A stretch of DNA of 63,954 nucleotides, filler included, from Octopus bimaculoides (taxonomy: Eukaryota), in the NCBI RefSeq assembly GCF_001194135.2. It is 5 parts of 4 records of this genome, joined end to end, with 100 filler letters (N's around TTAATTAATTAA, not from the genome) between each part and the next. Parts side by side here need not be neighbours in the genome. Positions count along the whole stretch, not along the records: positions 1 to 14,676 come from NC_069004.1; positions 14,777 to 30,238 come from NC_068985.1; 3 more parts are not named here. One strand, written 5' to 3'. The notes under the pieces are model-generated. The model was not told where the DNA came from. It did not search any database and saw only the letters and a program-made list of their open reading frames with translations. The translations under genes and the position numbers were made by a program. Numbering within the stretch: the stretch's first letter is position 1; each line of letters opens with the position of its first letter. Of this stretch, positions 12,885 through 23,667 are shown piece by piece.

Positions 12885-13880
12885 CAGGCATACATACATA
12901 AATGCGATCGACAAACTTTTATTCCCTACAAACTGTGAGTTTTTAAAAAATCTTTTTTCACACATTCACTTTCTACCATATATAAACACACAGAATACAC
13001 ACTCATACATACATACATACATACATACGTACAAATACACCCATACATACAAATAAATAATATATACAAATACCTGTCCATCTTTTTCAAATATGATCCA
13101 CTCTTTATTAAAATACATTTACTTTTCCCTACAAACTGTGAGGTTTTTCAATACAAACTGAGTTTTTGGAAAATCTTTTTTCACACATTTACTTACTACC
13201 ATATATATACACACAGAATACACACTCATACATACATACGTACAAATACACACGCACATACAAATAAACACATACATACAAATATCTGTCAGTCTTTTCC
13301 AAATACGATCGACAGTCAAANNNNNNNNNNNNNNNNNNNNNNNNNNNNNNNNNNNNNNNNNNNNNNNNNNNNNNNNNNNNNNNNNNNNNNNNNNNNNNNN
13401 NNNNNNNNNNNNNNNNNNNNNNNNNNNNNNNNNNNNNNNNNNNNNNNNNNNNNNNNNNNNNNNNNNNNNNNNNNNNNNNNNNNNNNNNNNNNNNNNNNNN
13501 NNNNNNNNNNNNNNNNNNNNNNNNNNNNNNNNNNNNNNNNNNNNNNNNNNNNNNNNNNNNNNNNNNNNNNNNNNNNNNNNNNNNNNNNNNNNNNNNNNNN
13601 NNNNNNNNNNNNNNNNNNNNNNNNNNNNNNNNNNNNNNNNNNNNNNNNNNNNNNNNNNNNNNNNNNNNNNNNNNNNNNNNNNNNNNNNNNNNNNNNNNNN
13701 NNNNNNNNNNNNNNNNNNNNNNNNNNNNNNNNNNNNNNNNNNNNNNNNNNNNNNNNNNNNNNNNNNNNNNNNNNNNNNNNNNNNNNNNNNNNNNNNNNNN
13801 NNNNNNNNNNNNNNNNNNNNNNNNNNNNNNATACAAATACACACATACATAAATGCGATCGACAAACTTTTATTCCCTAC
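12885..13880. repeat. Degenerate tandem repeat with a unit of about 200-220 bp, spanning an N gap
   Basis: ccctacaaactgtgag..ttttttcacacatt..cacacagaatacacactcatac recurs at about 12925 and 13127; aaatgcgatcgacaaacttttattccctac occurs at 12900 and 13851. Confidence 0.8.
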
Positions 13881-14246
13881 TTCTCAAAACCAGAAAGTAG
13901 AAAGCTATTTCGAAGATTACAGATCCAATCCATCACTGGAACTATAAAAATCTGTAAAACTTTCAAGAAGCTTATCATTTAAATATATATGAGCATGTCT
14001 AGATATGTAACTATATGCTTGAGAATACATACATAAAACATACAAATCTGCACTACATACATACATACATACATACATACATACATACATACATACATAC
14101 AAACAAAAATACCCTGTCATTGATGTTGAAATTCAATCAAGGAACCTTGAATCTAGGTTAGAAAACGGTTCTTTCTCTATTGGTAAGAAATTTTGAAATA
14201 AAACTGAATTAATGACATACATACATACGTACATACATACATACAT
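13881..14246 (+). mobile_element. 5'-truncated RLE-type retrotransposon 3' end terminating in (ACAT)n
   Basis: FSKPESRKLFRRLQIQSITGTIKICKTFKKLII* (stop about 13983), then a 3' UTR with a stem-loop at 14141-14172 and the terminal (ACAT)n at 14215-14246. Confidence 0.75.
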
Positions 14247-14526
14247 ATATACATATGAATATATGATATTTGTAAACAAACCAGAAAGGCCTTGCAAGTT
14301 ACGGAGAAAAAGCTACTATGGAAGACTCATAGTATAATAACAACAAGAAGCCGTGTTACCGTTGATTTGTGGGTTCGATTCTGGCTGGGGTAGCTCGTCA
14401 GTTTTCGGCCATTTGTTTGTATTTTAAGAATTGTCGCTTCAAATCGGAGAATATATATTATTATGATATATTATCATACAGTTATATATATATATATATA
14501 TCTATATATATAAAAATGAGAATGTG

Positions 14527-14565
<39 letters not shown>

Positions 14566-14776
14566 ATGTCTGTCTGTCTGTCTGTCTGCCTGTCTGTCTG
14601 TCTGCCTGTCTGTATGTCTGTCTGTCTGTGTGAATCCCTAAAACTCGAGAACTACGCAACCAATTTCATTCAAATTNNNNNNNNNNNNNNNNNNNNNNNN
14701 NNNNNNNNNNNNNNNNNNNNTTAATTAATTAANNNNNNNNNNNNNNNNNNNNNNNNNNNNNNNNNNNNNNNNNNNN

Positions 14777-15007
14777 GGCACATAAAAGACACCATTTCGA
14801 GCGTGGCCGTTTTCGTGCGGGTGACACGTAAAAGCACCCACTACACTCTCTGAGTGGTTGGCGTTAGGAAGGGCATCCAGCTGTAGAAACTCTGCCAAAT
14901 CGGACTGGAGCCTGGTGTTGCCATCCGGTTTCACCAGTCCTCAGTCAAATCGTCCAACCCATGCTAGCATGGAAAGCGGACGTTAAACGATGATGATGAT
15001 GATGATA
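14777..15007 (+). mobile_element. Interspersed repeat family D (SINE/LINE tail ending in (ATG)n)
   Basis: ..ttaggaagggcatccagctgtagaaac..catgctagcatggaaagcggacgttaaacgatgatg; further copies at 17437-17646(+) and 17921-18200(-), and a diverged relative at about 15070-15290(-). Confidence 0.85.
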
Positions 15008-15329
15008 TATACATATATAAAAACAAAGACACATATGTATATTATATCATTGCCATTAGTATTTTGGCGTCTATGTTTCCATACTTGCATGGTTTGGATG
15101 GTATTTGTAAGGGTAGATTTTCTGCGGCTGGAAACCCTTCCTGTCACTGACACTCGCCTGTTTCCGAGTAAGGTAATATTTCTTCAATTCAAGACATGTT
15201 TCCATGGAAACTTGGAAATGAAGGACAACATTTATATGATGGTAACTGTCATTTACAGCTATCACATGATAGCAATATACATGTGTATATTGCTGTTTAG
15301 CAATGATCAGTCCTAATCCACAGATCTAT

Positions 15330-15910
15330 GGGTAGGAGTGTGATAATGCCATCTTTTTTTCAGACATAGTTCTATGTATTCCTCCTTAGTTTTGAAGATC
15401 CTAAGCTTGTTGGAGAATCCCTTGTTGACTTGTACTTAGTAATCACCTGACTGAATTTTGGTGAAGGAAGGAGTTTAACACTGCTGCCTTCTTTTGAGTG
15501 TCCTGCTTTGATATCGGTTCATCCGGGACCTTGGATAGCAGGATGTTCCTTGAAAACATCTGCCTCCACTCCATGAAGATCCTGCAGATGTTTTGGTTAG
15601 GCGTTAAATAGCTGTGGGCCCTTTAAATCCCAAGTTATTGAAGTACATGGTCCTCACTCTAGACGGGATAAATGGGACCTTTGGAATAGTGCAGTGACGT
15701 CCAGTTTGGGCGCTGATATAGCTCTCGATACCAAAGTTTGGTGCCAGCACCTCCATGATCTTCCATATATCACTGCATACCAGGGAGTAAATTTGTAGCT
15801 CTTTCAGTCTTTTTCAGTAGCTCAGTGGTTCCATTGATGCGATTTTCTTGATGTAGCACTGCTGAACTGCCTCAAGTTCTGCTATTAATTTGACACTGTC
15901 GAGTGACCAC
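15330..15910 (-). mobile_element. CR1-clade LINE ORF2 C-terminal fragment
   Basis: SVKLIAELEAVQQCYIKKIASMEPLSY*KRLKELQIYSL matches the CR1 LExVQRR..LSYEERL..L.SL pattern; homologous to 53690-54130. Confidence 0.8.
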
Positions 15911-15929
15911 AGTCGAGGGCAGTGTCCCA

Positions 15930-15969
15930 TATATGTCTAACATTTCTCATCTCTTTTGTTATTTTGCAG
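15930..15969 (+). promoter_or_regulatory. 3' splice site of the last ALG10 intron
   Basis: Branch-point-like CTAAC at about 15937, then pyrimidine tract ttctcatctcttttgttattttg and CAG. Confidence 0.8.
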
Positions 15970-17031
15970 AAAATGAGTTCCAGTTACACATTTTTGGTGG
16001 CATCGACATTGGGCAGCTTCCCAATGCTCTACTTCTTCACGTTTCTCTACTACACTGATGCTGGTTCCACTTTCTTCACACTTCTAATGTACCTCCTTCA
16101 TCTCCATCACCAAACTATACCTGCTGCCCTCATTGGTGTCATAGCCATCCTCTTCCGCCAGACGAACATCATCTGGGTTGTGTTTATGGTCGGTGTCTCT
16201 GCCCAGAACACTCTCCTTCAGTGGATGGCTGTGCAAAAGAAGAACTTGAAAACTCAGCGGAAGCACGACTGGTTGCTGCTACATACTTTCTTCAATCTAT
16301 TCTCTGTGAATCTTCAGCGGAATCCGTGGGTCATTGTAGAGCTTGTGCTCTCCATCCTGATGAAAACTTGGTGTTATATAATTGTTACTCTTCTATTCCT
16401 TCTGTTTGTCTACATCAACAATGGCATTGTTGTTGGTGACAGAAGTCACCATGAAGCCACGTTCAACTTCCCTCAAATTTATTACTTTCTATCGACTGTT
16501 TTATTTTTTGCGAGTCCACATTTGATATCATTTCAGAAAATCTACAACTGGCTCTCACAATCTATTCAGAAACCCATCAGCTTCATCACTTTCTCTGTCA
16601 TATCGGCATTGTTAATCGCTAAATTTACATATGTACACGAGTACCTCCTAGCAGACAATCGGCACTACACATTCTATGTATGGTCCAAAATCTTTAAAAG
16701 ACATTACCTCGTACGATTCTTACTAATTCCCATTTATTGGTACACTTTATGCCAAATTTACTTAGACTTGAAAAAGAAAAATATCTTTTGGAAAATAGCT
16801 TTTGCTGTTTGCATCACTGTCTCTTTGGTTCCACAGAAACTCTTGGAGTTTCGCTATTTCATAATTCCTTATTTATTGCTTCGGTTAAACATGCCCCTCC
16901 CCACACCCCTGAGTAAGATGCTGTTGGAATTTACCGTCACCACTTTTGTAAATGCAATCACTATTTATCTATTTGTCTACAAGACATTCACATGGCCTGG
17001 AGTAAAAGATGCACAACGTTTCATGTGGTAG
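15970..17031 (+). CDS. ALG10: Terminal coding exon of the ALG10/DIE2 alpha-1,2-glucosyltransferase (Dol-P-Glc:Glc2Man9GlcNAc2-PP-Dol), 5'-partial
   Basis: Uninterrupted 353-codon hydrophobic frame with ALG10 motifs LYFFTFLYYTD, FRQTNIIW, GIVVGDRSHH, YLLADNRHYTFYVW, PQKLLEFRYFIIPY and C-terminal QRFMW*. The ORF-track start (15922) lies in intron; the exon starts after the acceptor ttttgcAG at 15969 (phase 0). Stop TAG at 17029-17031. Confidence 0.95.
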   Translation, partial: KMSSSYTFLVASTLGSFPMLYFFTFLYYTDAGSTFFTLLMYLLHLHHQTIPAALIGVIAILFRQTNIIWVVFMVGVSAQNTLLQWMAVQKKNLKTQRKHDWLLLHTFFNLFSVNLQRNPWVIVELVLSILMKTWCYIIVTLLFLLFVYINNGIVVGDRSHHEATFNFPQIYYFLSTVLFFASPHLISFQKIYNWLSQSIQKPISFITFSVISALLIAKFTYVHEYLLADNRHYTFYVWSKIFKRHYLVRFLLIPIYWYTLCQIYLDLKKKNIFWKIAFAVCITVSLVPQKLLEFRYFIIPYLLLRLNMPLPTPLSKMLLEFTVTTFVNAITIYLFVYKTFTWPGVKDAQRFMW

Positions 17032-17053
17032 ATGCTGATGTATTTAAAAATTG

Positions 17054-17059
17054 AATAAA
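17054..17059 (+). promoter_or_regulatory. Candidate polyadenylation signal of ALG10
   Basis: AATAAA about 23 nt after the stop codon; usage unverified. Confidence 0.45.
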
Positions 17060-17436
17060 ACAAATACTGTCTGGTCCGTATATATATATATATATATATN
17101 NNNNNNNNNNNNNNNNNNNNNNNNNNNNNNNNNNNNNNNNNNNNNNNNNNNNNNNNNNNNNNNNNNNNNNNNNNNNNNNNNNNNNNNNNNNNNNNNNNNN
17201 NNNNNNNNNNNNNNNNNNNNNNNNNNNNNNNNNNNNNNNNNNNNNNNNNNNNNNNNNNNNNNNNNNNNNNNNNNNNNNNNNNNNNNNNNNNNNNNNNNNN
17301 NNNNNNNNNNNNNNNNNNNNNNNNNNNNNNNNNNNNNNNNNNNNNNNNNNNNNNNNNNNNNNNNNNNNNNNNNNNNNNNNNNNNNNNNNNNNNNNNNNNN
17401 NNNNNNNNNNNNNNNNNNNNNNNNNNNNNNNNNNNN

Positions 17437-17646
17437 GTGTGACTGGCCCTCGTGCTGGTGGCATGTAAAAGCACCCACTACACTCTCGGAGTGGTTGGCG
17501 TTAGGAAGGGCATCCAGCTGTAGAAACTCTGCCAGATCAGATTGGAGCCTGGTGCAGCCTTCTGGATTGCCAGTCCTCAGTCAAATTGTCCAACCCATGC
17601 TAGCATGGAAAACGGACGTTAAACGATGATGATGATGATGATGATG
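17437..17646 (+). mobile_element. Family D repeat, left member of an inverted pair
   Basis: Roughly 90% identical by eye to the reverse complement of 17921-18125. Confidence 0.9.
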
Positions 17647-17704
17647 CTGTTCATGTTGCTAACACTCACTGAAAATGTAAACAAACACATGCATGCACTC
17701 ATAA

Positions 17705-17757
<53 letters not shown>

Positions 17758-17920
17758 TACACACATACATGCATGTGCACATACTTACACATATGGCATA
17801 GGAAGGGCATCCAGTCATAGAAACTATACCAAAGCTGACAGTGGAACACAATGGCAAACCATCGAACACACACATTCTAGAAATGTACATGGACATTAAA
17901 TTATACTGATTTGATATATA

Positions 17921-18200
17921 TCATCATCATCATCGTTTAACGTCCGCTTTCCATGCTAGCATGGGTTGGATGATTTGACTGAGGACTGGTGAAACCAGAT
18001 GGCTACACTAGGCTCCAATCTGATTTAGCAGAGTTTCTACAGCTGGATGTCCTTCCTAACGCCAACCACTCCAAGAGTGTAGTGGGTGCTTTTACGTGCC
18101 ACCGGCACGAAGGCCAGTCATGCGGTACTGACAACGGCCACACTCAAAATGGTGTATTTTACATGCCACCTGCACAGGAGCCAGTTTGGCAGCACTGGCA
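17921..18200 (-). mobile_element. Family D repeat, right member of an inverted pair
   Basis: Starts with (CAT)n and cgtttaacgtccgctttccatgctagcatgggttgg on the plus strand. Confidence 0.9.
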
Positions 18201-18727
18201 ACAATCTCGCTCGGTTGCCAAAAACAGTCAGTGAAAATTCGAAAAATATTTTGCCTCAGCCTGGTTTGTCCTACGTTTTAAAGACGATCAAGTATGCTTT
18301 GAGGGAGATTTAGCTGGTATTTCTAACCGGTCAAGCCACAGTGTAGATTTTCATGTTTCATATTAGTAGAAAGAAAAGGTCTTAGTTACCTCCCAAGTTG
18401 ATGATAATAGTGATGATGATTATGATAATGATTGTTTCAAATTCTGGCTCGAGATCAGTAATTTTAGGGTACGGTGTAGGTCAATTACATCAACCCCTGT
18501 GTTCAACTGGTACTTTATTTTATTGAACCCGAAAAGATGAAAGGCAGAGTTGACCTCGGTGGAATTTGATCTCAGAATGTAAAGAACTGGAAGAAATACC
18601 ACAAAGCATTTTGTCCTGTGTGTTTATGATTCCAATAATGAGTTCTTTTATTCGCCACAAGGGTATGTGATGAAGGTGACATTACCAGAACAGTTCACAA
18701 AAATATAATGAAATAAATAATGATATA

Positions 18728-19107
18728 GGCGTAGGAGTGGCTGTGTGGTAAGTATCTTGCTTACCAACCATATGGTTCCAGGTTCATTCCCACTGCGTGG
18801 CACCTTGGGCAAGTGTCTTCTACTATAGCCTCGGCCGACCAAAGCCTTGTGAGTGGATTTGGTAAACGGAAACTAGAAGAAGCCTGTCGTATATATGTAT
18901 ATATATATATATATATGTGTATATGTTTGTGTGTCTGTGTTTGTCCCCCCAGCATCGCTTGACAACCGATGGTGGTGTGTTTTCGACCCTAGAACTTAGC
19001 GGTTCGGCAAAGGAGACCGATAGAATAAGTACTAGGCTTACAAAAAATAAGTCCTGGGGTCGACTAAATGGCGGTGCTCCAGCATGGCCGCAGTCAAATG
19101 ACTGAAA
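18728..19107 (+). mobile_element. tRNA-headed SINE, family B (GGCGTAGGAGTGGCTGTGTGGTAAG..., tail GAAACAAGTAAAAGAG)
   Basis: Near full-length copy. Others at 27171-27579(-), 33983-34384(-), 34540-34930(-), 41890-42312(-), 44110-44522(-), 48185-48603(-), 60590-60820(-); partial copies at 20560-20755(+) and 31600-31760(+). Confidence 0.9.
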
Positions 19108-19195
19108 CAAGTAAAAAAGTAAAGTAAATTCGGCAAATAACTTAAGAGCAGGATCATAAAAATATCAGAAGTATAATCATATAGAATAATTTACC

Positions 19196-19289
19196 AAAAT
19201 ATTTTCGTCGCTTTGAGACCGCGATCTGTGCTGCACCACGGAATTTTGTCAGTGAACAGGTCGCGGTTTCAAAACGACGAAAATATTTT
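19196..19289. repeat. Foldback: 34-bp inverted arms around a 26-bp spacer
   Basis: aaaatattttcgtcgctttgagaccgcgatctgt versus acaggtcgcggtttcaaaacgacgaaaatatttt, 3 transition mismatches. Confidence 0.85.
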
Positions 19290-19516
19290 AACACAAATTA
19301 AATTTAAATGTTGAAGTGAATGTAACGGTTTTTGTGTGTTTTTAAATGGCTTATAAAAACCTTCCACGCTGCAATTGTTTTTGTTTCAGCAAACGATCTC
19401 AGATCAGGTCACTTGCTATGCAAGTACATCTCCGTAAATCATATAGAAGTAATATCGTTACAGAAATCGACATATGTCTGTAATTGCAACCGAGATAATC
19501 TTTAGTCCATCATTAA

Positions 19517-19672
19517 TCTTTTGAACCTGCGAGTTTACAGCCGAAATATAACGATATTTCTGCTATTTAGCAAACCGTAAGCACAAAACCATTTGGTCAT
19601 CCTCTTCTGCATCTTCCATAAATAATTCAAACGAAATCGCCCCCGTTTAAGCGTACTCGCAGGTTGAAAGGA
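19517..19672. mobile_element. MITE with TTAA target-site duplication (piggyBac-like)
   Basis: TTAA|tcttttgaacctgcgagt ... actcgcaggttgaaagga|TTAA; 18-bp TIR with 2 mismatches. Confidence 0.75.
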
Positions 19673-20106
19673 TTAATGGCTGAACGATAAATGTAATAAA
19701 ATGGATGGTTTATCTTAGAAAACAACTGTGAATAACGCAAAACGGATTATATATGAGAAGCTGTAATGATTGGTTGCATATCTATGTAACGTAAGAAGGA
19801 AGCAATAAGCTAGTCGATGTAACATACAATATACTAGGTAACAATAGGTGAGGATATGTATGTGAGCAAAAGGGGAAGGGAAATTTATGTGTAACTATAA
19901 GTATTTGTTTTATATTAGTTCAAGCATTTGCAGTGTTAATTAGAAACGTTATATTTGCCTCAGAACACATTTCAAATTACCCATACATGCTGTTTAGTGC
20001 AATAATAATTATCACATACGCAGAGTAACGCAGGCTGCATCAGGTCTGTTAGAATCCAGTACTTATCGAACCGTTCTCCCCTTTATCAACAAACATGTAT
20101 TTGTCG

Positions 20107-20147
<41 letters not shown>

Positions 20148-20764
20148 CACATGTAAATCAAAAATGAAGACGAAAACAAAAGTCAAATGGATGTACACAG
20201 GAAATGCATTTGGTTGACGCTCAGTTTAAGATGGAAAGAAGAAGGAGTGTGACGTTTCGAGTATGACGTTTCGTCAGAAAGAGGAAAAGTCTGGAGAGAA
20301 GGAAAAGACTAGTCAATCGTCCGATGAAGGCAGGTGTGTCATTACATGCTTACAGTGACCATGCATTCAGGATGAGGGTTGACGCTTCCCATTTATTCCA
20401 ACACAAATGACACGCTGTTAATCTCGTAAGTGTCCAAAGTGTCTGCCCTCAAGATGATCATATTTCTGGAGTCTGCAAGCCATACCACGACCAGAAACTT
20501 ACAGGAATGCAGAGGTTCTGATTGATGTTGATTTCCTGCCGGGCCTCTATAATGAACCCGTCCAACAGCCGCTTGACAACGGCTGCTGGTGTGTTTACGT
20601 CCCCGTAACTTAGTTTTATAGCAAACGAGACAGAATAAGTGCCAAGTTTTTTTTGTTTTAAGTACTGGAGGGTCAATTCATATTCATTCGACTAAAAATA
20701 CTTCAAGCTGGTGCTCCAGCATGAATGCAGTCTTTTGACTGAAGAGAGTAAAAGATGACTTTTC

Positions 20765-21090
20765 TTTTTTTTCTTTGTCCCCTGACGAAGAATTGAATCC
20801 GAAACGTTAAACATTCCACTCTTCACGGCAAGTTCACTGTACTACTAGATTATTGCCTGATTATTATACCCAACCACTAAATTCTGCGAACTGCCTTTCT
20901 CACTAAGCCTACACTTAAACGTCTCAACTCACAGTTGCACCACATTTTAAAGACTTTTCTTCTTTCTTTTTCCCTCTCTGCTGACTGCTAAACTGTGACT
21001 TTTTTCTCTTTTTCTCTGCCTCCTGACGAAGGATTGAATCCGAAACGTTGGATGTTCCACTCCTCACGGCAAGTTCACTGTACCCACTTC
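20765..21090 (+). mobile_element. Penelope-like remnant with two direct repeats (pLTR-like), each with a hammerhead-like core
   Basis: CTGACGA..GAAACGTT at 20782 and 21023, both followed by ttccactc.tcacggcaagttcactgtac; spacing about 240 bp. Confidence 0.65.
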
Positions 21091-21799
21091 ACTTTTTTCT
21101 ATAAAAGACTGGCCGTCCTTGTCTGCTAGCGATACATGTCTACGCTCTAAGTACCATACGTCTGTAAGAGTGGATCTCTCAAGGCGAACCTCAATATTCG
21201 GCGTTCTAATACTACCTCGTTTAGTTGGATATAAAGATTGTCATTTTGTATTGATACTGCTTTCGTTGTTAATATTTATCTTTCAATAAGCTTGCTGGCC
21301 ATTTGCAACATCAGTGACTAAAATGCGGATCTTATCTGCTGGCGATGTATATCTATGCTCTTAGCAGCGTACGTCCATATGAGAGGATGTTTCAAGGCGA
21401 ATGCTGCAGTTAACGGCATTCTGATAATTCATCCGCGTTTAACAGGGTATAACGATTGCTACACACACACACACACACATATGTATGTATGTACGTGTGT
21501 GTGAGTGTATGCACGAATATTATATATATATATATATGTGTGTGTGTGTACGTGTATGTGTACATATGTATGTGTGTGTGTCTGTTTATTTCGTAGACTT
21601 AACGATTATCATCGTCGTAGCTATTATTGAATTTGTCTTCTGTGCCAAGTCATTCTGAGTTTTAGCTATTGAAAAATTATATCAACTACTGTCTTGTCAC
21701 AACTAACATAGTTTTGTGTATATTGATTACAGTTACAAAAGTGGATCGAGAAAAGCATACAAGGGCCTCCCTACTCGAATCTTTAAAACACAATGATAA

Positions 21800-22075
21800 A
21801 ATGGCGACGAAGATGTTAGAAAACCTCCTTAAGCTGAATAATCAAGCGGGAGCCATGACATGGTTTGTTCAATAATTTTGAATGATGTAAAAGAGGTAAA
21901 AAGAAACACCTATTTTTGTCCTCACTTAGTGCTGAGGCGTTTTTGATTCTCAAAGACAAGCTTTTCCATGCAAATATTGAACATGCCAGATCCGTTCAGA
22001 TAAAACGGCATGAGAAAATCTTGTTAAATTCACTGAAAGATTAATAATAGCTGATAATGTGAAATTGCTGGAAAG
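21800..22075 (+). mobile_element. Gypsy-like LTR retrotransposon PBS and gag N-terminal remnant
   Basis: PBS-like TGGCGACGA at 21802 immediately before an ATG; degenerate FLSSLSAEAFLILKD motif. Confidence 0.5.
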
Positions 22076-22630
22076 CAAGTTACATAATTAGTTAACTTTA
22101 TTTTAAGAATAAATTGAGAAGCAGCAGTTTGTAAATTGAATTAATTGAAAGAAACTTTCTAATAAGAGATAATTAAAACTGAGTTTCATATCAGGATTGC
22201 GTTGTTGTTGTTGTTGTTGGTGGTGGTGATGGTGAAAACATAAAAATGATGTTTGATTCTCTTTGCAAATCATCTAGATTTAGGATATGGGGAATTATCT
22301 TTATTAGCCACGACCATGGACACTGAAGCGGTATAATTTAATTTCCAATTTTGGCACAAGACCAGCAATTTCAGGGAAGAGTTTTAGTCGCTCAACTGCT
22401 GCTTATTTTATCAAAACCCCGTAAAGAGATGAAACGCAAAGTCTATCTCGGCGGAGTTTGAACTCAGAATGTAAAGACGGACGAAATGCTGCCAAGCATT
22501 TTTTCCGGCGTGCTAACGATTCAACCGGTTCGCTGTCTTAGAAGCGGTATATATCGTTTTGAATTTTTGGCACATAATCAGAAATTTCAAGGGAGGAGGT
22601 AAAACGATAACATCGACTCAGTGCTGAACT

Positions 22631-23288
22631 GGGATCTTGTTCAAAACGGGGGCACCAGTATTTTCTTAACGAAACACTTTGAAACTTGGGACACTGGTAG
22701 AATGTGTCATATAAAACATCTTTTTCTCTTAGTCTTCTTAACAAAAAAACGTACATCGCAAGTTATTTCATATTAAAGTTGTCGTATTTCTGTAATTTCA
22801 ACCAATGACTGACGTCCATTCAGCCGAATTTAACTTAAGTGCTGATTACGTAAACAAACGATTCTGGCGGTGATAAAATTATTATTTCCTTGTCAAAAAA
22901 TGGCTGAAGCATAGGCAGTAGCTAATACTTTCATACAGTTCAGGCAGATGTTAACGAAATAAACACGCGTCAAAGAAAATGAAAAAAGCAAATGTTGTAC
23001 ACATACAGTTCAGGCAGATGTTAACGAAATTATAAATGGAGATTAAATACGCTTTACACCGCTTAAACTGCCAAAGGAGTAAGTGTAAACAGCTGAATAC
23101 TTGTCAGTGATTGGTTGAAATTATCGAAATAAGACAATTTTTTACATGAAATAAATTCGAATACAAACATTTTTTTCTGTTCTATAACACAAAATAGATA
23201 AGTATAGGAAGTTTGAAAGTCTTTCGGTACCAAAAACACTACATAAAACATTAATGAAAACTGGTGCCCCCGTTTTGAAGAAGATCCC
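22631..23288. mobile_element. 658-bp non-autonomous TIR element inserted into a family A SINE, with 6-bp TSD TGAACT
   Basis: TIR gggatctt(g/c)ttcaaaacgggggcaccagt (29 bp, 1 mismatch); TGAACT at 22625-22630 and 23289-23294; removing the element restores the SINE sequence gtgctgaactggtatttatttt. Confidence 0.9.
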
Positions 23289-23416
23289 TGAACTGGTATT
23301 TATTTTATGAACCCCTAAAAAGATGGAAAACAAAGTCGATCTTGGCGGGATTTGAACTCAGAATGTAAAATCGAACGAAATACTACAAAGCATTTTGCCG
23401 TCTTTAAAGTCATATA

Positions 23417-23667
23417 CACTAATCCCTCAACTATCGCGGATGTTATGTTCCCAAAACTTACGCGATAGGTGAAAATCCGCGAAGTAGAGACAGTACTGTA
23501 CTGTATATTTGTTTTAATTATTCTTATAATTTGTATATATTTATTTTATTATAAATGCAAAACAATACCATAAAGGAATCGACGTAAGCTTAAATAATAA
23601 ACCGCGATAGGTGATCCGCGATAGGTGATCCGTGATAGGTGATCCGCGATATGGCGAAGGATTACTG
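23417..23667. mobile_element. Tigger/pogo-like MITE
   Basis: TA|cactaatccctc ... gaaggattactg; homologous to 38823-39050; internal tandem copies of the 14-mer ccgcgataggtgat. Confidence 0.75.

Noticed and set aside
14677-14776. TTAATTAATTAA islands inside N runs (also 30283, 55897, 61931), superficially a regularly spaced repeat
   Set aside because: In the three I counted fully, each is N44-TTAATTAATTAA-N44 = 100 bp; this is an artificial contig-join spacer, not biology.
23603-23650. Short tandem units (14-mer here, 16-mer at 12786-12844) as a CRISPR-like array
   Set aside because: No unique spacers, eukaryotic context, and located inside TEs.
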